Origin: Selaginella moellendorffii
Taxonomy: Eukaryota; Plantae; Lycopodiophyta
NCBI RefSeq assembly: GCF_000143415.4
Contig: NW_003314277.1
Span: 1,454,493-1,518,492, forward strand
Reading direction: 5' to 3'
Length of the DNA stretch: 64,000 nucleotides
Numbering within the stretch: position 1 is the stretch's first letter; each line of letters starts with the position of its first letter. Below, in pieces: positions 57,316 to 64,000 of the stretch. A program made the translations under genes and the position numbers. The notes under the pieces are model-generated. The model had not been told where the DNA came from. It did no database searches and was given only the letters and a program-made list of their open reading frames with translations.

Positions 57316-59412
57316 ATGAGCGTTAGCAAGCGCCCGGATTATTCCTCCTTCGCCAAGATCATCGCGAGTTGTGCGCAAACCAGGGATCTTGCCCAGGGGA
57401 GGCGAGCGCATGAATCCATCCTGCAAAGCGGCCAGAGCTTGGATCGATACCTTGCCAATCTTCTCATCCGGATGTACGCTCGATGCGGCAGCCTGGAGGA
57501 CGCGATTCGCGTCTTTGACAGCATCCCTGCCAAGAACGTCTTCTCCTACAGCGCGATGATCTCGGCCCTCTTCCAGGATGGAAATCCCCAAGAATCCAAG
57601 AGGATTTTCGATCGCATGCCCTGCCGCGACCTTGTGATCTGGACCTCGATGATCTCCGGCTACGCCGACTGCGGCACCACGCGCGAGGCCGGGTGGATCT
57701 TCGATCGAATGCCGGCCTGGAGCGTCTTCTCCTGCAATGTCCTCCTCGCGGCGAAGATCCAGAGCGGGCAAATCGACGCCGTGAGGAGCTTCTTCGAGAT
57801 TATGCCGCAGAGGGACGTCGTGTCGTGGAATTCGATGCTCCATCTGTGGACCGTGACGAGCGAATTCGCGATGGCGAGATCCACATATTCCAAGAGCCCT
57901 AAACACAGCGTCGTGTCTCACAACGCGATGATGACCGCATTTGCCGAGAGCGGGCATCTACGGCAGTGCGTGGAGCTCTTCGAGACCACCGACGGCAGGG
58001 ATATGCTCACGTGGAACTCGCTGGTTGGTGCGTACGTGGAGAATGGCGCCAGCGTGGATGTTGTGCTGCGTGTCCTGGACCACATGCCCATGTACGGCAC
58101 CGTGTCGTGGACAGTGGCCATTACCGCACTTGCCGAGAAAGGGCATTTTGGCCGAGCAAAGGAGCTTTTTGATTCCATGCCACGGGGATCCAAAGATTCC
58201 ATCTCTTGGAACGCGCTGCTAGCGGCATTCATCGCGACTTCTAGGATCGTAGATTCGAAGAGAATCTTCGATCTAGCGCCAAAGCATGGTGAGTTCTCGG
58301 TGACGAGCATGATCACAGCCTATGGACGCAATCTAGACATCGCCCAGAGCAAAAGATTCTTTGATACCTTGTGCTCTAGAGGCCTCATTCCCTGGAACTC
58401 TATGATCACGGCATTTGGAGACAATTCCTTGATAGAAGACGCGAAAGCTACATTCGAAAAGATGCCAATGCGAAACACCAGCTCCTGGAACGCGATGCTC
58501 CAGGCATATTCCCAGAACGGCGAGCTGCCGGCCGCCCGGGTGCTCTTCTCGCAGATCCCGGCGCCAAACGCGGTGTCGCGCACGGCGCTGGCCTACGCCT
58601 GCTCCCTGGGCGGGCACACGGACGAGTCGATGCGGATATTCCACGCCATCCCCGACAAGAACCTCATCTCCCGGAACGCGATGCTCACGGCATATGCCCA
58701 CGACGGCCGCGTGGCAGATGCCCGGAATCTCTTCGATGCCATGCTCGAGGACGAGGACTTAGCCGTGGATCTCATCACCTGGAACGCGATGCTCCAGGCC
58801 TACGCGCTCAATGGCCACGGCCTGGAAACTCTTGATCTCTTCCAAAATTTGGAGCTCCACGGCGTGGATCCGGACGAGCTCTCCTTTCTCTCGGTCCTCC
58901 TGGCTTGCAACCATCTGGGAATGGCGAGCTTTGGGCGATCCAAGCTGCTGAGCATGATCGCGGATCACGGCGTTGGCGCTGGCCCCGATCACTACGGCTC
59001 CATGGTCGATCTGCTGGGACGCTCGGGAAGAACCGGCGATGCCGAGGAGCTCATACTGACCATGCCGTTCTTTCCTGACCAAGTTGCCTGGGGATCGCTG
59101 CTGGCGGCATGCCGGAAGCACAACGACTTAGATCGTGGATCCAGAGCCGCCGAGATTTTATTAAGAGCCGACGACCAAGCCTCCACACCTTATTTGCTGC
59201 TTGCGAGCCTGTATGCCGATTCTGCCGAGGACCATGATCTTAGTTTCCATAGCGCCACTTCTTCGCCCTTGTCTTCGCTTTCGTCGTCACCATCAAAGCT
59301 TGTCTGTGATCACGGTATAGTTATAGAAGATAGAACTTATAGAAGATATATAGAGCCTAGAGCTCGTCACCTTGTTGAGGAGGGGATGGTGGCGCTCAAG
59401 AGCTCTTCTTGA
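57316..59412 (+). CDS. PLS-class PPR protein with E domain, no DYW
   Basis: MYARCGSLEDA, tandem 31-aa motifs, DHYGSMVDLLGRSG, MPFFPDQVAWGSLLAAC and PYLLLASLY. Confidence 0.93.
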   Translation: MSVSKRPDYSSFAKIIASCAQTRDLAQGRRAHESILQSGQSLDRYLANLLIRMYARCGSLEDAIRVFDSIPAKNVFSYSAMISALFQDGNPQESKRIFDRMPCRDLVIWTSMISGYADCGTTREAGWIFDRMPAWSVFSCNVLLAAKIQSGQIDAVRSFFEIMPQRDVVSWNSMLHLWTVTSEFAMARSTYSKSPKHSVVSHNAMMTAFAESGHLRQCVELFETTDGRDMLTWNSLVGAYVENGASVDVVLRVLDHMPMYGTVSWTVAITALAEKGHFGRAKELFDSMPRGSKDSISWNALLAAFIATSRIVDSKRIFDLAPKHGEFSVTSMITAYGRNLDIAQSKRFFDTLCSRGLIPWNSMITAFGDNSLIEDAKATFEKMPMRNTSSWNAMLQAYSQNGELPAARVLFSQIPAPNAVSRTALAYACSLGGHTDESMRIFHAIPDKNLISRNAMLTAYAHDGRVADARNLFDAMLEDEDLAVDLITWNAMLQAYALNGHGLETLDLFQNLELHGVDPDELSFLSVLLACNHLGMASFGRSKLLSMIADHGVGAGPDHYGSMVDLLGRSGRTGDAEELILTMPFFPDQVAWGSLLAACRKHNDLDRGSRAAEILLRADDQASTPYLLLASLYADSAEDHDLSFHSATSSPLSSLSSSPSKLVCDHGIVIEDRTYRRYIEPRARHLVEEGMVALKSSS

Positions 59413-60501
59413 TACCCATCTCGTTGAGTCTCCGGCAAAGCATGTTGTTCTCGGGCCTCCGGATCGTTCGGCAAAAGGGCCCGATGGTGGGATCCGTGAT
59501 GTATCTGTAGATCACCTCGATCCAGGAGCTGTGCGAGGCTAGCCCCTCGTAGAACTCTGGAGCGATCTGCTTGAGCTTGTAGAGCTTGCTGCCGGGGATC
59601 CGCGGGAAGTCGTGGTGCTCGTTGTGGTAGCCGACGTTCCAGGTGAGGAGATTGAGCGGGCCGTAGTAAGAGTACGTCTCCTGGCCCTTTTGGAAGACGT
59701 AGTGCTCGGAGATGAAGTGCCCGGCCATGGGATGGAGTCCGCCACCCAGGAACGTCGAGAGGATGAGAAAGGCCAGTGGCTTGTAGCCCGCGAAGTATAC
59801 CAAGGCGGCATCGAAGAGTAGCTGTGCTGATAAGTTAAGCGCCTCCCAGAGTCCTGGAGGCTTTGGATTGACGAAGAGTGGCCGGAGAGCGTAGAAGAAG
59901 AGCTGGAAGAACACCCAGACGATCTTGCTAGCGGTGTTCCTGACGATCCGGCCCTCGCTGTAGCTGGGGATGTCGACGTCCAGGCCCTGGATCCCCTGAT
60001 AGTTATGGTGATCCAAGTGGTACTTCTGGAACGTGATGGACATGGGAATGCCGACTGGGAGATTGGCAAAAATCCCGAGGATTTTGTTGAGGAGCGGCGT
60101 GGCGAAGACGAGATTGTGGCTCAGCTCGTGGATCGCAAGGAAGAGGTTGTGATTGAGGAATGCGCCGAAGAAATACGCGAGGAGGACGATGGAGGGCCAG
60201 CCGAGATCGCGGACCAGGGCCGCGGCGCAAATCTGGAGCAGCACCACGCCGGCAATCTGCACAAGAACTGGAGGAATGAATCGAAATATCGCGAATCGGA
60301 GGCGCCAGCATCCCACATTGCCCCGCGGCGATGGGGATTGAGCGCTGGAGCAAGGAGAGAAAAGGGCGGGGCGCTGACCTTAAAGAAGCCCGATGGATCT
60401 GGCCCGAAGAGCTCCTTGATCTCCGGATACGCGGCTAGCATCTGGCGCCGCCTCAATGCGTGAGGCTCGTCGCTCTCGGACCAGAAGAACTCCTCCGCCA
60501 T
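59396..60501 (-). CDS. DES1: Sphingolipid delta-4 desaturase; intron 60378-60257
   Basis: [31 protein letters not shown], His boxes HELSH, HLDHH and HNEHH, and [11 protein letters not shown]. Confidence 0.96.
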
Positions 60502-60690
60502 CGCGAGACCTTCCCTCCTCGAAATAAAAAACTCGCTAACCCACTTTACAATTTATAGCCCCCACGAAAAGTCCCGGGTTCGAGACCAGTGGTAAAAATC
60601 TGCCTTAGATTCCCCAGAGAATATCCGCTCGATTTAAAACGCACGGAGGTTGTTCTCTTTATAAGAAATTCCTTACTTCTATCAACGTTT

Positions 60691-62932
60691 TTAGCTCTTT
60701 GTGGTGATTAAATTGTTTACCATCGTGACAAGCGCTGGAGTTCCTTTGGCCATTATCTCTAGTCTCGATTTTGCCGGTGCGTGCGCGAACAGCGACAGAC
60801 CAAACGCGACGAGCTGCGAGAATTTTTACACTTGTGAGTGGCCGAATCAAACAACAACGGAAAGCTGCCAAGGATGTGAATTGATAGAGGGGAGCGTAAA
60901 GACCTCTGGAAGATAAAGGCGCGAGGACAAAAAGCCCTGCCATAACCGAGGCTCCAAGTCGAAGAAAGCGCTAAAAAACCTCCGCGTCGCGTATAAGTCG
61001 AGCTGGGATAAGTTTGTTTGAGCAGAGAACGAAAAACCAAAAGAACAAAAAAGAGAGAGAGAGAGAGAGAAAGCTTACCTTGAGTAATATGTCCATGCCA
61101 AAGCAGAAAAACTCCCGCTGTCTCTTTCTCTCGATCGGCCAGAGATCGGCCCATACTTCAGCTGATAAATCGTCGGGGAGAAGTGTGACACTGCTGCTAC
61201 TTCTACTGCTACCGAGCTGGCGAACGATAGCGTCTGCGACCACCGGAGCCGCGGCTAATGTTCTCGCAACCATGTAACCTGGAGAGAAAGATCAAAAGAA
61301 AGTTTTGCAGTGAAAAAAGAACGACATTGCGAAGAAAATCGTCTATAAACTTACCAGTGGATGGATGAACTAGGCCTGCGGTACCTCCGATGCCCAGGAC
61401 TCTTTGTGGAATAACCGGAAGAACACCTCCCATTGGAATCACGCAGACTCTACACGAAACTCGCAAACTTTTAGATGCGAAGGACGAAAGCATGGCACTT
61501 ACTCGTCCTCTTCGATGCTCTTTACGTGAATGCCCAGGTGCCTGAGCCGTACCTCCATTCTCTTTTGTATCTCTTTGAGGGGCACGCCGGGTCTCGCTAC
61601 TAGAGAAGTCTCCTCTGCAAAAGCACTGGAGAAGCATAACGAAAAGGAAAAGGAACTTGCGGATGCGAGCTCTGTCCTACCTAGAAAGATCTTGGTTGAC
61701 GAGAACGGCATGGCGTAGAGAAAAGTTGGAAGCTTCTTGTTGCCACGAATCATCTCAGGATTTCCAGCCAAGTGCGAGTCTCTCCAGTCCATAAAGACCA
61801 TCTTGTCCAGATCAAATGGATGCGAGTCCACCTGAGAGGATGGATCACCAAGCCAAAGAAAGTAGCTTTGCGAAAGAACACGAGAGAAACAAAGCTTACC
61901 TCGGCCACAATCCCATAAGCCACCTGGTATCCTGGATTGAAAGGCTGGTCATACTGCACGAGGCATTTCGAAAACCCGGTTGCGTCGAGAACCAACGCGC
62001 TTTCGAGACAAGTTCCATCCTCACACGCGACGCGAGATTTCTCTCTGTCATGCACTACGTTCTTCACCTGAGAAGAAAAAGAGAGAACGAAAAACTCGTG
62101 AGAAAGAAAGAAAAACATGAACCAACTCGCGAGAAAGAGAACGAGGAAGAGCAATGAACGAACTTGCGAGAAAGAGAACGACGAAGATCAATGCATGGAG
62201 CATTGCGACGAGAGATTCCTCTGTCATGCGCTACGTTCTTCAGAACAAAGAAAAGGAAACAAAGAATGAGAACTCGCGAGAAAAAGAACAAGGAAGATCA
62301 ATCCATGAAGCATTCTCAACGTCCGGAAAGAGAGAAGGAAAACTTACCTTGGTTGCCAGGAACTGGACGCCATTAGCGATGCACTGCTCGGTCATCTTGG
62401 CTTTCAATCGCTTCCTGTTCACGCGTCCATATGGCCGCTGCAAGAACTTCTTGACACCATCATCGATGTAAACCACAGCGCTCGCCCAGGTGTGATCCAA
62501 GCAATCGAGCAAATCCAGCGCCTCAAACTCGTCCACCCAGACGCCATAGTTATTCGGCCAGATGCTGAGCGGGCAAGGATCGATGCAGCAAACGCTAAGC
62601 CCGGCGGCGGACACTCGAGCGGCAACTGCGAGCCCGGCAGGCCCTCCGCCCACCACAACCAGATCCAGAGGCCCTTTCCTGGACGGATTGAATAGCGGGA
62701 GCTCGTAGCTCAAGCTCTCCTTCTTCCTCTCCGGGACGAGCTCCAGCAGCATGGACGAGCTCGCGGAGCCGGCGCTGGATTTCAGCCTCGCCTCAATTCT
62801 CCGCGAGCTCGCTCCATTCTGCTGTGGCGCTAGGGCTAGGCGATTACCTCCAAAGCCGATCTTCCTCGTCAGGAGCTCCTGGTGCCTGGCGCCGCCGGAG
62901 AGAGTAGCGGGGGATTCGAGCGCTCCCGCCAT
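60691..62932 (-). CDS. LCYB: Lycopene beta-cyclase, intron-rich
   Basis: LLELVPERKKESL, DLVVVGGGPAGLAVA, WPNNYGVWVDEF, YGRVNRK.LK, PGYQVAYGI, FMDWRD, PTFLYAMP, EETSLVARP, GGTAGLVHPSTGY and FFCFGMDILLK. An upstream in-frame ATG exists at 62941. Confidence 0.95.
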
Positions 62933-63053
62933 GGCCGGCATTGCGATGATCTTCGCGACCTAAGCTAGAGGAGGATGCGCCTGGCGCGATACCATAGCCT
63001 ATATCATCCAAGGCTTTGTCGCCTCTCCACTGCGAGGTTCTCTCGTTTGGATT

Positions 63054-63065
63054 CGGCCACGTGGC
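63054..63065. promoter_or_regulatory. Perfect palindromic G-box GGCCACGTGGCC upstream of LCYB
   Basis: Seen ~120 nt upstream of the ATG. Confidence 0.55.
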
Positions 63066-64000
63066 CCATTTATCTGTGGTGTTGCGCATTTGCTTATTGG
63101 ATTTGGTGGTTGATTGCGCAAATGGATGAAATAGTAAAAGAGAAAATTCTCCCACTTCCAGGACAACTCCAGAAAGGTTATTAATCAATAAACATTCGCT
63201 ACTGGCTCAAAAGGTGGAACCACCCGTGATTCCTCGAAAGAGTTATCTGCAAAACAAGTAAAGATTAGCATATTGACAATCACTTTGATGGAAGATGTGC
63301 AACCAGAGATTAAAGCCAAAGTCTGATCCTTGCCTTGATTTGGTTGTTGTTTCTATCAGATGTTTCCTCAGGTTGCCCTCATCTCCATATTGAAACGAAG
63401 CTATGAAAATGGCATGAGGGTGGGATTGTTCAATCGGTTGGCGGGGCAACCGATGAGAGGGGCCTCCAGTGCATGTTGGAGGTTTGGGAGAGTATGGGGA
63501 GCAGGTGGAGCTCACATATGGGGACTTATAAAGAATGTTATAAAATAAAATGTATTTTAATCCAAAAACCAACAATGAATATACTACACACTTATACTCC
63601 TTGTAGAGATTCACCATGACAATATATCATACTTGTATAAAGAGGAAATAAACAAATAACTTGCTTTTCTTTATGATATTTAAGTGTGTGAAGGTCAAGT
63701 GTACAGCTACAATGCCATATACTAATATTAGCATAGTGGGATTTTGGTAGCCGTCGGATTGGTTTTAATCCGGACCACTCGCTCCTGTATATAAACTAGG
63801 GTTTTTGGGCTAATTGATATGCACATTTCTGTATTCCCTTATGCATTCACATTGGTAGAGATGAGGGGCACCTTTGATTGTCCCTGGGGAGTGCTTGGAT
63901 TTGGGATTTCGGTTTAGATTTAGCTTTTGCATTGTCTAGATCTAGCTTTTTCCATTTCCTTTTTTTTGTTCTTTCCTTTCAGGATTTTGATTTAGATCTA

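Noticed and set aside
63243-63617. 124-aa minus-strand ORF near the window end
   Set aside because: AT-rich start, no recognisable motif, intergenic context.
1-64000. CRISPR arrays, tRNA/rRNA genes, intact transposase or retroelement ORFs
   Set aside because: None seen. The repeats present are coding repeats, microsatellites or the segmental duplication.

Overview
Eukaryotic, gene-dense land-plant nuclear DNA with short GT-AG introns (mostly 50-80 nt), GC-rich exons and PLS-class PPR genes made mainly of 31-aa motifs. By inference it is a lycophyte, most likely Selaginella. About 25 genes can be modelled: two tandem GH17+X8 beta-1,3-glucanases, ATP-citrate lyase A, a RING-CH ligase, an F-box/kelch protein, a BASL-motif protein, ATG12, a PAT1-type GRAS factor, a LEA-like gene, a KIX8/9-like adaptor, splicing factor SF1, mitoferrin, a ~2.95-kb tandem duplication (atypical Dof-finger gene plus class III peroxidase), taspase, an SCP phosphatase, a RING-H2 protein, two head-to-head PPRs, sphingolipid delta-4 desaturase and lycopene beta-cyclase. 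The most unusual part is an accessory island at ~21.2-28.9 kb. It holds PPR and LRR relics, a divergent pair of homologous Uma2/Crinkler-type PD-(D/E)xK nuclease-fold genes (one intact, one decayed) and an unidentified decayed gene. Other points of note: a ~4-kb spliced locus that may encode only a ~50-aa membrane micropeptide, an ATG12 whose four introns are all in-frame and stop-free, and a peroxidase fused to a long Gly-rich repeat. All identifications come from motif recognition by eye, with no database searches.
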